Source: Camelus ferus (taxonomy: Eukaryota). Taken from it: DNA of 64,000 nucleotides. Position 1 is the first letter of the stretch, and each line of letters starts with the position of its first letter. The stretch is from the NCBI RefSeq assembly GCF_009834535.1, contig NC_045697.1:7318001-7382000 (forward strand), in the 5' to 3' direction. The notes beneath the pieces were generated by a model that did no database searches, had not been told where the DNA came from, and saw only the letters and a program-made list of their open reading frames with translations. This document shows, one piece after another, positions 23,880 to 37,065 of this stretch. The translations under genes were made by a program, and so were the position numbers.

Positions 23880-24145
23880 GTTCTGAAGTTTCATTATCTG
23901 CGTAACTTCAACATGTCCTTAAGCTTTTCCTGACCTCCTGAGACCGATTTAGATGCCCTGCCTTCCTACATCTATAGCATGGCGCATGTCCTAACATGGT
24001 ACTTTCAACTCTGTAATGTCATGCTTTCATATACTCGTTTGCATCCCATGATGGACTTGGACACAGGAGTTGGGTGTGATGAATCTTTGCATCAGAATGT
24101 CTAATACATATTAGGTGCTCAATAAATGTGTGTTGAGTAAAGAAA
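23880..24145 (+). mobile_element. L2 LINE 3' fragment
   Basis: AGCTTTTCCTGACCTCC...TAGGTGCTCAATAAATGTGTGTTGAGT. Confidence 0.7.
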
Positions 24146-24389
24146 CAACAAAATAAACACTCAATAAATAGCTGAATTGGAGATACTAGGACCCAATTTC
24201 AAATGGATTATCTATTTGAAGGTCTCTATACCACCTCAGTACCAGAAGCTATTGAAATCGGTGTTTTCTCGCCTGATTATTCAGTGTTCCAATAAAATAA
24301 ACCTGGAGCTGCAGAATTATATTCAAAAAGGCTGCATGAGATAAAAACCAATACACACAAACAACATTTTTTTTAAAAGCCTAAACCAT

Positions 24390-24575
24390 ACAAAGAGAGA
24401 GAAGTGACTGATCCCCATCGACATCATTGGAGCATCTGGATTCAGCCACCACTGAGCCCGGGGTACCATTGGTTTTTATTTCATTCACATGGGGTAAAAT
24501 TTTCCTGTGGGCTAAAACCAGCTTGAGCCCTTTCTGCTCTGCCACTTACTACTGAAGGATCTTGATTAACATGAA
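24390..24575 (+). mobile_element. MLT1J/K-like LTR 3' fragment
   Basis: GACATCATTGGAGCATCTGGATTCAGCC...CTAAAACCAGCTTGAG...GCCACTTACTACTGAAGGATCTTGATTAACA. Confidence 0.55.
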
Positions 24576-25539
24576 GAAATATGAAAGCTAGGACCCTGGC
24601 CAACAGCTGATTATTTTTCTTCTTCCAGAGTTGAGCTTTGTGCAGTACAGAATGCACTATTTAATGAACTGTGGATACTCCTGGGATAAGGAAAACAGCA
24701 AGGGAGTCCCTGTACCTTGGGGTTCACTACCTGGCAGGGAATTCATCCCTGAGTGTGGCCATAATACAATGAGCCTATGGCAGGAGACAGTGCTTCACAG
24801 ACTTCAGTCACCAGTATTTCTTCTTGGAGCTTATTTTGGACATAATCACCAGGCAACCTTACAATTACTTGCTTGTTAAATTTTTATGCCATTTTATTCA
24901 TACAACATTTATGAATAATACATGCTATCATTTATTGGGCATATAATACCATTTCTGTTGCATTAAAATAAATATGCATAAGTAGTGAAATAAAAATGGG
25001 GTCTATCCATGTGTCAACTAAAATCGTGTCACCTAAACCAGTGATAGGCATCTGCAACTCACTGAAAAATTAATATCAAGTATGAACATAAAAGCTTCCA
25101 TAGGAGTACACAGAGGAGGTTATGGAAATCCACTGTGAGCATACCAGCAGAAGAGGGACAGGCAGTTTGCAGGAATGAATCTGAAGCTGTGATTCCTCTT
25201 AGGAAGCTACTGAAAATGCCTGTGAGAACTGATCAGTGACTGTTCCAAATGGTGTTAGTGGGAATGGGTCTAGAAGGAGCGGATATGAGAGATATGTAAG
25301 GGCTAGAATGATCAAGATTTGGTGCCTGCTTAGAGCGAAATGAAGATACACCAAGAGTTTGGTTGATTAGGCTAACACTAACACTTGTGTGCCCTTCAGC
25401 AGGGCAGATCAGAAGAAAAGGAAAGCACAGGTATGAGTCAGCAGAGATTAAAGATTGTTTCTGGGGACAGAGAACTTGGCTGACTTATGGTACAGCATGT
25501 GCGAAGCCTCATAGACAATGCAGTCTGGATTTCTGAAAA

Positions 25540-26130
25540 CATGACATACAAAACCCCAAATTCAATGGCAAGCACATTGTAAAAAGGTCTTAACCACACT
25601 ATTAATTTTTTAAACACAAATTAAAATAAAGGGGCATTTTTTAAAACAACAATTTTTATTTTAAAATTCTCCAGTTCCGCAAAAGTGAGAGGAGATGGGC
25701 ATTCTCACAAATGTCTGCTAGGAGTTTACACTGGTTTAGCCTTTCAGTAACGCTTTTTGGAAAGTTATACCCAAGGCTGTATGGATGAATGTGTTTTTGA
25801 CCTGCTGTATACACATCTAGGAATTTACTCTAAGGAAACTGCAAGCTACATATGGAGAATAAACATTATTAAGGAATCATTTTATGATTTACAATTATAA
25901 GCAATCAAAATTTTCAAATTGATCAAGAAAGCAATTATGCCAACTATGGTACATTTCTCTAATGAAATAATATATAATATTAAGTGATGTGAGAAAAATG
26001 TACACATGATTTAATAAATTAAAAGAAAATCCATGTTCTAGAACAGTGTAGCAATTATGATCTCTGTCTTTATAAAAGATAAGTACATGTTTTCACCAAG
26101 ATGCTAACAGAGTTTGTCTATGGGGGATAA
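25540..26130 (+). mobile_element. Old L1ME-like 3' fragment
   Basis: Degenerate ORF2-end motifs: GCTAGGAGTTTACACTGGTTTAGCCTTT, CATCTAGGAATTTACTCTAAGGAAA, ACTATGGTACATT. Confidence 0.65.
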
Positions 26131-26589
26131 ACAATAACAATGTTCCTGGTTTATAATAATAAAAATTATGAAAATAGAAAACAGATACATACATATCGAA
26201 AAGAACAAAGTGTTTCTGGAACTCGGTGGAGTCCTGTTCAGTATGGTCTTCCACAGGTTGAGACCAACTCCTATTCTTGGAGAGATCTCAGGACAACATG
26301 GCTGACCCGAAATCCTTTCTCCTTGTCCTGGAGGACAAGGCCTGGGCTGGGGGTTGTACTTCTGGCAATAATTAAATACAGAAAATGGGTTCTAAAAAAG
26401 TACCTATTTCCACTCTGTTTCATTTCTTAGCCTAGTTATCATCTTAATCCTAGATAACATGTAACAATAATAATATGATACTTGTTGATAATAATAATTT
26501 TGTAACAATTACACTATTAAAATTGCTGTAATTAAGCATTGCTTGATTTTAAAGCCCTGTATAGTTTATAAAGCACTGTCACAGGAACC

Positions 26590-26830
26590 ATCTTATTAGT
26601 CCCCATAGGAATAATGCAAATTGCGTTTACCAGGACAACATTTTAGATCCGCAAACTGAGAAGCGAATCACTTGCTCAAAGACATCTGCTAATACTTGGC
26701 ACAGCATCATCTGCCTCTTATCTTCAGACGTGGATTCTGGAGCTTCTCTTCTTATCAGCTGTGTGATCCCAGGAAAGTTCCTTAACCTCTCTGGGTATAA
26801 TAACACTTGCAGTGTTGCAGGTTTAATGTA
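26590..26830. mobile_element. Pair of opposite-orientation MIR fragments
   Basis: CATTTTAGATCCGCAAACTGAG (minus) followed by AGCTGTGTGATCCCAGGAAAGTTCCTTAACCTCTCTG (plus). Confidence 0.6.
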
Positions 26831-27619
26831 AGGAATCAGAAACAGAGCAACATTAGGTAGAGATCTACTTTTAGTGCAGACACTTCTTATTAGAATTCTG
26901 CTGGATTTTGAGAATAAAAGAACAGGCTTCTCTTCCCAACATCCTGCTAGATCAAGTCTTTGAACCCAGTGTTCCAGTCCTGAGCCAGACAGTCCCTGCA
27001 CTTGGGAACCCCCGGCCATCCGAGGTCTCGGTGACTCTCCACGCTGAGCCGGCGTGTCCTGTCTGCTGTAGAGCCCAGCATGCTGTTTCTTACTGGTTTG
27101 TTTGCCATTCCTTCTCCTCGCTCCAGCAGAATTTGAATATCTGGGTGGCTGGGGTTATGCCCCTACCTCGTCCCCCTGCTGCTGAGAGGGACCCTGGCAG
27201 GCTGCAGGCTCCCGGTTAACAGTTCCTGCATGAGACGCTGTTTCGTGGAGTGGATGCAGAGTGGCTGTATGTAGTTGGAGCCAGTAAAGTGACAATAACA
27301 TGAATGGGGCCCAGCCAGTCTAGGTGTTTCTCCTCAAAAATGCCTGAAGGGGTTACATACAGATATAGATAGAAAAATAGATGATTACATTCAGATAATG
27401 CATTTATGTATTTGGAGATTTGGTAAAGAAAGAAAAGTACAAAGAAAACATTTGCTTTCCAACTGTCTAGATTTATCTCATTCATTATCATACCTAACAT
27501 TTATTGAGAAATTATATATAATATATAAGTATATCATAAAATAATTTATAATATATATTATAAAGTTATATATGTATATATGTGTATATATACATACATA
27601 TACACACAGTCCTTGTTCT

Positions 27620-28170
27620 AAACATTTCTATATATTAAATTATTTAATCCTTACCAATTTATGTTATAGGTTCCATTATTATTCCCATTTTACAGATGAA
27701 AAAACTGAAACACAGAGCAGGTAAATTTAGGTTGCTGAGCATTTAGGCCACACGGCATTCTGCTTTCTATATTGTGTATGTGTGTATGAAAAAAGCAATA
27801 TAAACATGGATTTTCTTACAAATTCATTCATTTATTTGTTTATTCAAAGTTGCTTAAAGGAGCACCGTGTGTCAAACACCGTTTTAAGTGGCAGGGCTAG
27901 ATAGAAGAAATTAGAGAAACACAAGGTCAGCACCTTTTTGCACAGAGAGGGGTGAGCGGAGTGGAGGGTCAGGCAAAGGATCTGGAGTCAGTCTGTCCAA
28001 GTGCAAGTCTCGGCCGGGGTGGTTACTCGCTGTGGGATCTCCAGCAGTAACTGAGCCTCTCTGTGACTCAGTCTTTCTCATCTATATAATGGGGACAATG
28101 ATGGCACCTACCTTAAAGAGCCGTACTGAGTATCCAATGAGTAAACACGTTTGGAGTTCTTGAACAGAAA
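27620..28170. mobile_element. Cluster of MIR (-), L2 and MIR (+) fragments
   Basis: ATTATTCCCATTTTACAGATGAAAAAACTGAAACACAGAG; ATTCATTCATTT; CTCAGTCTTTCTCATCTATATAATGGGGACAATGATGGCACCTACCT. Confidence 0.7.
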
Positions 28171-28424
28171 ACCCAGGCAGATGGTCACGGTTACAGATGT
28201 GATTTTACTTTCTAGAGGGAGAGACAATAAATTCTTACACAAATCAGTGTAACATTGATAAGGGCCATGGGGATAAATAAAATGAGGCAATACCACAGGC
28301 AACGCTTGGGCAGTTGGTTTAGATGGGTGCTCAGTGCAGGACTATTGAAAGGTTGACACTTGTGCCCCGATGTGAATGACAACAAGGAAAACTCATGCAT
28401 ACCAAGTAGGAAAAAAAGGCATTT

Positions 28425-28566
28425 TGTAGCTCTGTATGGTGACAGATGTTAACTGGACTTATTGTCAAGATTGTTTCACAGTATATACAAATATTGAATC
28501 ATTATGTTGTGCATCTGAAATGGATGTAAAGTTCTATGTCAATTACACATCAATAATTTTTTTTTT
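28425..28566 (+). mobile_element. L1MA9-like 3' terminal fragment
   Basis: TATGGTGACAGATGTTAACTGGACTTATTGT...ATATTGAATCATTATGTTGTGCATCTGAAA...TATGTCAATTACACATCAATAA. Confidence 0.75.
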
Positions 28567-28659
28567 AAATTTCTTTCCCTGATACCTGCAGACCTGGCTC
28601 TTTCCCCTTCCCCAGGGTGAATGACTGGCGTGAATTTGGTATAACTGGTGTGTGCCTTT

Positions 28660-30200
28660 AAAGTTCACTCTTAAAAATTTGACTATGCATTATTTCACAA
28701 GTATGAAATCTTTATGAAGGAAAATATTATAAATATATGTGTGTGTCACCACCACTTAAGAAATAAAACTTTTTTTTTCCCTCCAAGAAGGTATAACCCC
28801 CGGGAAAAAAACATGAGCTGTCACTTTCTATCTGTTTTTAAAATGATATATTGTTCAGGTTTACATTGTTTTAAACTTTAAATGTCATCCTGAATTTTAC
28901 TCTATAGCTTGCCTTTTTCACTCAAAATTTTGTTTATAAGATAAATGCATTCGATGCATATAGATCTAATTAATTATTTTACTGCTGTATAGTATTCCTT
29001 TTTGTGTCTATTCCACAGTTTTTGCTCTGTTTTAACACTGTGTATATTCAAGTTTATTATTACAAACAATATAGATACACAAGGGCATTCTTGCATACAT
29101 CTCTGCTGACACACCAGGCAGTTTTTGTGGAAGGGAAATTACTGGGTCATGGTATACTTGCATCTTCAACTTGTATAGATGTCACTGAATTGTTCTGCAA
29201 AGCAGTTGTACCAACTTATACTCACACCACTGGTGCATGGTTGTTTCACAGCCTAAACTTGCAATTGTCAGACTTTTAAATGTTTTGCCAATTAAAGACG
29301 CATAAAATGGTATCTCATTGTGGGTTTTAAGCTTACTTAAAAATTCCTAGATTTTTCCCAGATTACTAATGACATTAATCATCTTTGCTGTATTTTTTTT
29401 CTTTTTTTGGCTAATGTGTTTTCATTTTTCAGCACATATGTTTGTATCTTTGGCCATATTTTTTTTATTAGGGAGCTTGTTTTGTTTTTCTTACTGATTC
29501 CAGAATTCTTTATAAAGGTTATACATGTAATAAGTAACTATTCCAGATCTTTTTTTTTTTCTCCACTATTTTTGTGAATGGAATATTTTCATCAAGTAAA
29601 GTAAGTTTTTATAACTTGTGTAATTAAATTTATCAGTCTTTTTCTTACTACTTCATGTATTATAGTAATTATTTATGAAGTCTTACTCACATAATAATAT
29701 CATAATTTTTTCCAAAAGCTTGAAAAATTTTCCTTCATGAGAGCTAAGAAGATTTTTTTTAACTCACTCCCAAGGGCAAGTCATATGGCATTGAGGTGGA
29801 TTTTTTTCTCATCTCTGAATTCACTGAAGATGTGGCCCCATAACGTCCTCGTCTAATGCAGCATTTCTGTTCCAACTGCTCACTTTTTTGCAGGCTCCAG
29901 CCTTGCCTCTGTTCTTAGTATATATTGCATTCAGTAGGAGCCTCCAAATTACCAGGATTAGACAATGACTTAGAACAGCAACCAGCTTCCTTGACAATTC
30001 ATCACTCAGGGTTCAAACTTTCTACTCATTTTGAGCCCTAAGGATTTCCAGAATTTTCTTGCAATTTTGTTTATTTATTTGAATAAGTTTTAAAAATATT
30101 TTTCTTATAATTTTCAAATATATATATATATATTTTAAGCAAGAAACTGTTCTTTTTTTTTAAGATGTCTAGATCATCATTTTGTTAGGAACAGAAGTCT
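28660..30200 (-). mobile_element. Old L1ME-like element (3' end, ORF2 remnant, 5'-like end)
   Basis: T-rich antisense L1 motifs: TTTTACTGCTGTATAGTATTCC, ACTGGGTCATGG, GTTGTACCAACTTATACTCACACC, AAATGGTATCTCATTGTGG. Confidence 0.75.
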
Positions 30201-31175
30201 CTTGAATGATTTTTTTTTAACTTTAACTATATATGTGATAGAAAATGTATAGTTTATTTACTTACTTGTGTATTTAACTTTTAAAAATGCTTTTTCATTA
30301 AAAGTAAATATTTAGGATCAATCTATCCATGAATGTAGTTTACTTCTTTAAGAAATATTACTTCATTATATTAAATTCATCCCCTAAATGTGAAATCTGG
30401 AAAACAAGAAAATCCTTTGGAAGGATGCAAACAAAAATATTAGAATAACATTTTTTCAGTGTCTCTATTCCTAGATCTATACACACCTACACTGAGGAAC
30501 GTTTCCACACTGTTGAAAAAACAAACATTGCTTCAGTGCATTTCTGGTGTTAATAACAAGTGCCTCGCCCTCATTAAATCATCAGCCATGTTTTCTTATT
30601 TCCTTTTTTCATTTCACAGTCTCCTACTCCATGGCCCCAGGCCATCCCAGGCTGGTCCTCGTCAAACTCTTTCCCCTAGCAGAGCAGATACAGCAAATGT
30701 GCAGCAAGCATCCTGTTGTGGCCTTTGACCCCAAATTTTACCCAAGCAGCTCATGCAAGGATCAGCTGGGTGTGGATGCAAGATACCTACGTGTGTTATT
30801 ATCATCACCAAAACTAAAGCTGCCATTATTTTATTGAGCACCTACAATGTGTCAGATGACATGCTGAGTAATTCACATTATAAGCAAAAAGGTTTTTAAT
30901 TCCATTTTATAGGTAAAAATCCCTGAATCTCAGCAAGGTCAGGGAGCCTCTCTCTACTACAAGGCACAGAGTCTGGGTTTGCATTCAGCCCTTTCTGATA
31001 TGTGATGTGATTTTGCCCACCACAAGGAGCAGACCTACTGGGCCCAACTGCAGTATCCTAGTCAAGGACAATATTTTCTCAATCATTCTGCCTGTGATTT
31101 CTGAGACATTCCTAAAGGACTGAGAAATTCTGCTTTGCTGGCTCATTCTTCATGGGTGATACGTTCAGAGCTGCG

Positions 31176-31671
31176 TGTGTTTAGCTGAGACTGCAGTAAA
31201 ACTGCCCCACAACTAGAGGTGTGAAACAATTGTCATCGTATCCATCTTACAATACCGTGGGCAGGATGGATGTCTCATCTGCTCTGAACTCTGCTGGACT
31301 CTCTCATGCATCGGTCGTCAGCTGTGAGACAAGCTGGTTTCTGGACTTGGGATGGTCTCACTGGTGTTTCTGGCAGCTGGTTGCCTGGCAGTGGGACGCC
31401 TTGGTTCTTCTCCAAGTGGCTCCCACAAGCTAGCTTGTGCTTTCATATGGCAGCCTTAGGATTCCCAGAACAGCAAGCTGGGCACGCCCTAATCACAAGA
31501 GCTTGTAAACTTCTGCCTGAGGCATTTGGCTAATAGCCTGTTTGCCCAAGCAAGAGACACTGGCCAATTCCATTTCACAGGGTGGAAAAATACAGTCCAC
31601 TCTGTCACATAACAAAGTAGGGTGTATACACACACACACGGAGATTTTGTAGCCATTTTGCAATCTATCAC
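31176..31671 (-). mobile_element. MLT1G/H-like LTR
   Basis: GCTGGACTCTCTCATGCATC...GCTTTCATATGGCAG...TAGCCATTTTGCAATCTATCACA (reverse LTR 5' end). Confidence 0.75.
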
Positions 31672-32231
31672 AGTTATGATTTGTTATTTTTATTTGCTAT
31701 CTCATGCATTCTGGAAATAATGAAGTTGTGACAATCCTTTCGTGTGAACATGCCTCCTGCAAAAATTTGGAGATTGCTTTCTATAAAATTTCTTCTGTGG
31801 GGGGGGTTACGAGACCCCCCTCTCCTTCAGTTAGAAAAAAAGAACACTTTCAGGGCTTGGTGCTGATGGGAAATCTCACCCTCATTATCCATAAACCATC
31901 TGTTTCCCGTGTCACCTCCAATGTCCCACCCATCCGTTCTATCCCCTGCAGAACATCACAACTGGGATCAAAATCTCTCTGCTGTCCATTTCACTGTGAT
32001 TCTTTGGATTTCCTGACTTACACCCACGTAGGGAGGCACTGCCTTAGAGCAGGGGTTAATACCCTCTCCAATTCTCTGGTAATAAAGTAATAACCTCTAA
32101 ACAGGGTATCTAACTAAGTTACTCCTTTGATTATTTTTTTATATTAACTAAGATACTTTGTTGATTAACCTGGAATTCTGGTATATGTAACTCCTTATTA
32201 TCCAGAATCCCACTCTTCCTTGCTATAAGAA

Positions 32232-32256
32232 ACACACACACACACACACACACACA
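32232..32256. repeat. (CA)n microsatellite
   Basis: About 12 CA units. Confidence 0.9.
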
Positions 32257-32761
32257 ACATCTATTATATATCTTCTAAATGATGCCAGGAAATTGATACG
32301 TATTTCATCCACTTACAAGGAAATTGCCTCTAAGAAGTTATTTATATGAATTGATTTAGAATCAAAGATAGCTGGTTTCAAATTCAGCGTTACCAATTAA
32401 TGACTGAGAAAATCTATCTGAGCTTAATGTATATAATTTAAAAAACAATGCTAGGTTAATACGTACCTCAGATGTTACCGTAAACATGATTCGATAATGC
32501 ATGGAAGATAACTTTGTAAGGTTGTGAATAAGAACATTTATGAAAGTCAGTGGGTTTCAGTGGGAAACTGCAAAGACCTGAGTTTATAATCAGCTCAGCC
32601 AATTTGTAGTTGGAGTGAAAAGGAAGAAAAAAGGCATGTGTCACTAATTGTTAACTCTAGGTTCAACTGCACAAACATTTTTGGGCACATACAGCCTGAC
32701 AGACCCTGGGACCACCAGTACTATGGAGGTTGACTCTGAGATTAATGGAACTTTTACAAAG

Positions 32762-32978
32762 TTTTTTTTTGAGTTATAGTCATTTTTTATTTTTTATTGA
32801 GTTATAGTCATTTTATAATGTTGTGTCAAATTCCAGCATAGAGCACAATTTTTCAGTTATACACGAACATACATACATTCATTGTCACATTCTCTATCGC
32901 TGTGAGCCACCACAAGATCCTGTATATATGTCCCTGTGCTACACAGTAAATCTTGTTTATCTATTCTACATTTTGAAA
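32762..32978 (-). mobile_element. Young L1 3'UTR fragment (related to the 12.3-kb copy)
   Basis: Reverse complement closely matches 12590-12780 (TGTTGTGTCAAATTCCAG...CACAATTTTTCAGTTATAC...CCCTGTGCTACACAGT); poly-T at the left end. Confidence 0.92.
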
Positions 32979-33746
32979 GTGATTTTTCAAATAAAATTAA
33001 ACAACTGACTTTTAGTCCTTGTACTGGAGTATTTTCTTTCACATTTCTTCACAGTAAATCCCTAATTCTGCATTCCTTTAAGACAAAATTGATAATGGGT
33101 CTGAAGCTGGACATGGAAATAGACATGTGTTTATGGTTAACTGCACACCTCTCTTACCTCACAAACCAAAGTGGGTGGGTAGAAGAGGACCCCCCTCACA
33201 GGTCTCCTGTATCACATTCTTTACATCAGTTTCTGATTGATCATTGGATTCAAGCCTATGAGGAAACGGAGAATCCCCCCATCCATCTTTTAGATTTACT
33301 CAGCACAAGTCTTTTCTTGTTCATTAACCATTCATGAGTATTTCTTCAAAGGTACGTTGAATTATTCATACACAAATAGATGTTCAGGAACTCTGTAACT
33401 GTGAATGTTTAGCACAGTCTGATGGTGAAATATGCTTTGGTAGTGTAAGAACTGAAGTTAAAAAATATCTTCTACCTAAAAGAATGATTTGTGGAAGAAG
33501 AAAAAGGGTTTAGCCTCCTAGTAAACAACGTCAGAGTGAAGAAGAAATCGTTGTCTCAGTTTGAAGAATAGAACATTTACTAATTTCCATGGTGGCTGAT
33601 ATATATGTACACATACAAATATACATATATATATACATGTGTCCACATACATGTATACATTTATGTATATATTTGCATGAATTTTGACAAATTTGCCAGT
33701 TAGTAGCTTCTGTGTGTGTTTTGTTAAAACAAACAATCAAGCTTTT

Positions 33747-34018
33747 GGTAACTGGGGTCGGGGGGAGGGTTGGGGAGGGATAAACTGGGAGTTCGAAACT
33801 TGCAGGTACTGCTGTACACAAAATCGATAAACATCAAGGTCCTACTGTACAGCACAGGTAACTATATTCAATACCTTGCAGTAACCTATCATAAAAAATG
33901 TGAAAATGAATATATGTATGTACATATGTGACCAAAACATTATGTTGTACACGTGAAATTGACACAACATTGTAAACTGACTATAATTCAGTTAAAAAAA
34001 AGGAAAAAAACCCAACAC
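33747..34018 (+). mobile_element. L1 3'UTR fragment with ~20-bp TSD
   Basis: G-rich GGGAGGGATAAACTGGGAG, CCTACTGTACAGCACAGG, GACACAACATTGTAAACTGACTATA and an A tail. Flanked by AAACAAACAATCAAGCTTTT (33727-33746) and AAACAAACAATAAAGCTTTT (34019-34038). Confidence 0.9.
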
Positions 34019-35464
34019 AAACAAACAATAAAGCTTTTCTGATTATCAAAGCATCCTTATACTTTTATGAGGAGGCTGGAAACAAAGATGGTAAATCTAG
34101 TAACAAGGAGAGAAAAAAATTTTGCCAATACGCACTACTCAAAAACTACTGCTCACTTTTTTTTGCCAAAAGCAGTCATTTAATAACTTCAATTAAACTT
34201 TCAATGAACTTCAACTGAGAGCCTTCCTGAAGGTTTTTTCCTAAAGGAGCCATACACAGTATCATATAGTAGCTTTTGTGTTTTTTTTTTTTCTTTTCTT
34301 TATTTCTTTCTCTCTCTCTTTTCTTTTCTTTTTTTCTTTTTTTGACTCTTTCCAGCAAAAGAGCAAATCAAGTGATTGGCATTCAGTGAAAGAGGGGCCA
34401 TCTTACCTGTGCCAGGCAACTCCATTTCTCAACACAATTATTTCTGTAATTACTTTTTTTTTTTTAAAGAAGGGAACTTATATTCTCAGTAACAACAATT
34501 GCATTGGAAAACTAATTATAGATCCTCATTCTTTCAGTAATTTAGGCTGTGAATTGTATTCATAAAATTATTTTCTGCCAGAAAAAAAAAAAAGTGCTTC
34601 TAGCTACATGCCTCATTTTCAGGGCAATAAATATAGAAAGATTGACTTCTAATTTCTCCCAGAATGCAATAAATTTAGATGCTCTAAGGATTTGGACAGG
34701 ATGCATTCTTATTAAAATTAAGAATTACATTCCTTAAAATTAGGAAACATAATGAGGAATTTCACCTGCTACCTGGTGTTGGCACAAAACCCGGAAACAA
34801 CGAGGGAAAAATGAATGGCACTGAGGCCTCATTTGAGGAATGCCATGCAACGCGCCAGGTCAGGTCTGCAAAGGGGTGACACACCTTCCCCTGGGATGGA
34901 GGCTCTGTGCAAGGACCTCTTCTGCTTTATCAAGCATCTCCACTGACACTGTCTATAAACTGCAGGATTATTCCTTTTGCAACATTTTTTTTAATAAATC
35001 TGTGTCACTACAGGCAAACTCTGTCCCTGTACCCTTCCATTTCTAAAATGTCCTTTGTCAAATTAGTCAATTTTTGTTGAATGAGACGTGCTTTACTGAA
35101 TTGAGCTTTCTGCCTCTATGACAGAGTACAAGTTTTCTACAGTGATAAGCACTATGGGAGCAGAACATTTTATCAAGAAACAAACAAAAGAAGAACATTT
35201 TGAATTTTGTCAAACACAGTTAACTGTATGTGTTAATAAATTCTGAGCAAAACAATGACTGCCTTCACAATCCAGGTGTTCCTTCTTTTAAGCATATACT
35301 GAGGATATTTTGTGTATAAGCCAAAAAATGAGTCTTTTAATCAACTTATTAAAAAGAGATTTTATTCAATTTTACTAAAATGATTATTGTGTGTGGATGC
35401 TGAAGAAACTGCTATGTATTATCTTTAATGGTTCATGAATTTGATACATGTCTCATTTGGGGGG

Positions 35465-35805
35465 CATTTTAAGACTTTGTTTAGAGCAGTTTTAGGTTTA
35501 TGATAAAATTGAGAGAAAGGTACAGAAATTTCTAGTATTCTCCCTACCTCTATGCGTGTATGGCCTCCCCCATTCTCAACATCTCTCACCAAAGTGGTAC
35601 ATTTTTTTTTTACCAAGAATGAACCTATATTGACACATCATAGTTCCCCCGAAGTCCATAGTTTTCCATAGGGTTCACTCTTGGTGGTGCACATTCTGTG
35701 GGTTTTAACAAATGTGTAATGACATATATCCACCACTGTAAAATCCTACAGAATATTTTCACTGCCTTAAAAGTCCTCTGTGCTCTGCTTGTTCACCTCT
35801 CTCAG
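35465..35805 (-). mobile_element. L1MC-like 3' end
   Basis: TTTAGAGCAGTTTTAGGTTTA...GAACCTATATTGACACATCAT...AGGGTTCACTCTTGGTG. Confidence 0.85.
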
Positions 35806-36629
35806 TGGGGCAAGTGCTAACGTTATCACCTCTCCATTAGACAGACTGCATCCAGGGTCTTCTGTCCAAGTTCCAGCCATTTTGCTTTCCAAGTGTTAAG
35901 ACTCTACCCTAACCCCAACCTGGACACAAAAGCCTTGCTAATTCTGGACAGATGTTTCAGACCTGCTGGAAACCTGGACTTCTATGTCACACTAATTATC
36001 CAGGTTAAGATGGTAGCTGATTTTAATATCATGACTGATAGTCCATTTCCCACTTTCCAATAAATATTCCTCCTAGAAAACACACACATGAAAGAACTAT
36101 TGAAAGTGTGTAACTGCGGATAACAGAAGCTACAGGCCAAATTCTGGGGGTGGGTGGGGGTCATTTCTCACAACATCATCTGTGAAGATGTACTGAGAAG
36201 CAAATTCTTGGCTCTCTTCCAGATGTTCCCACCTTTGAACCAGAGCACAGTAAAGAGCATGCTGGCAAGTCCAGCCTCCCTGTGGTCCCTTCACCTGGGT
36301 CCTTCTTCAGGGGTTCTATTCTGTCAGTCCAGTCTGACTCAGGGTCATAGCCTGGAGGCTTTTGGGGACACAGTTAGCCTTTTATTCTTTTATTCCTGAT
36401 CTTAGCACTGTCTCAACTATTTTTTAGATTTTATTTCCTTTGATACAATTGAGGACAAGATTCAATGTTGCCAAAAGGATACTGATACTAAAGAAAAGCA
36501 ATGAGAAAGAAAAACTCAAGATACCATGAGACACTCACCATTAAAGACAGAGATACCTGTCATTTCAAAGACACTACCCAACCTCTCTTCCCCTGAATTT
36601 GTTATTTCTAAGGGGAAAGGAGTGTTTTA

Positions 36630-37065
36630 AATTGAGTTCACCCAGAAGTGACTCCAGACATGAGACGTGGAGTGAAAGAATTTATTTGGGAGGTTGGGAG
36701 GTGACCCCAGAAAGCACTAGTAGAGAGAGGAGAGGTTAGGAAAGGTGGACGAGGAACCACATAAAAGGTGTGCTGTGAAGCACAGGGGACCACCTGAGCT
36801 CAGCCTTGCCAGGGAGCCCCAGGATGCAGGACAGAACATACCACAGTGTCATCCTGCCTGGGGGCTGAGGACGATGGGCTTTTTGTCCTTCAATTCCCGT
36901 TTGTCTATGACGGCGGGGTCCTGCCAGGGCCATAGCTTTCAGTATTCTGGTCTTAGGTGAAGGTATAAAAAGCCCACAGGTAGAGAGTCCTAGGTGCCTG
37001 CTGGCAAGTACTGGAATGATAAATACCAAAGGGAGGTGGGCAGGGCACCAGTAGAACCTGTTACG
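36630..37065 (-). mobile_element. LTR33-like ERVL LTR
   Basis: CCCAGAAG...GAATTTATTTGGGAGG...GACCCCAGAAAGCAC...GGGCAGGGCACCA. Confidence 0.7.
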
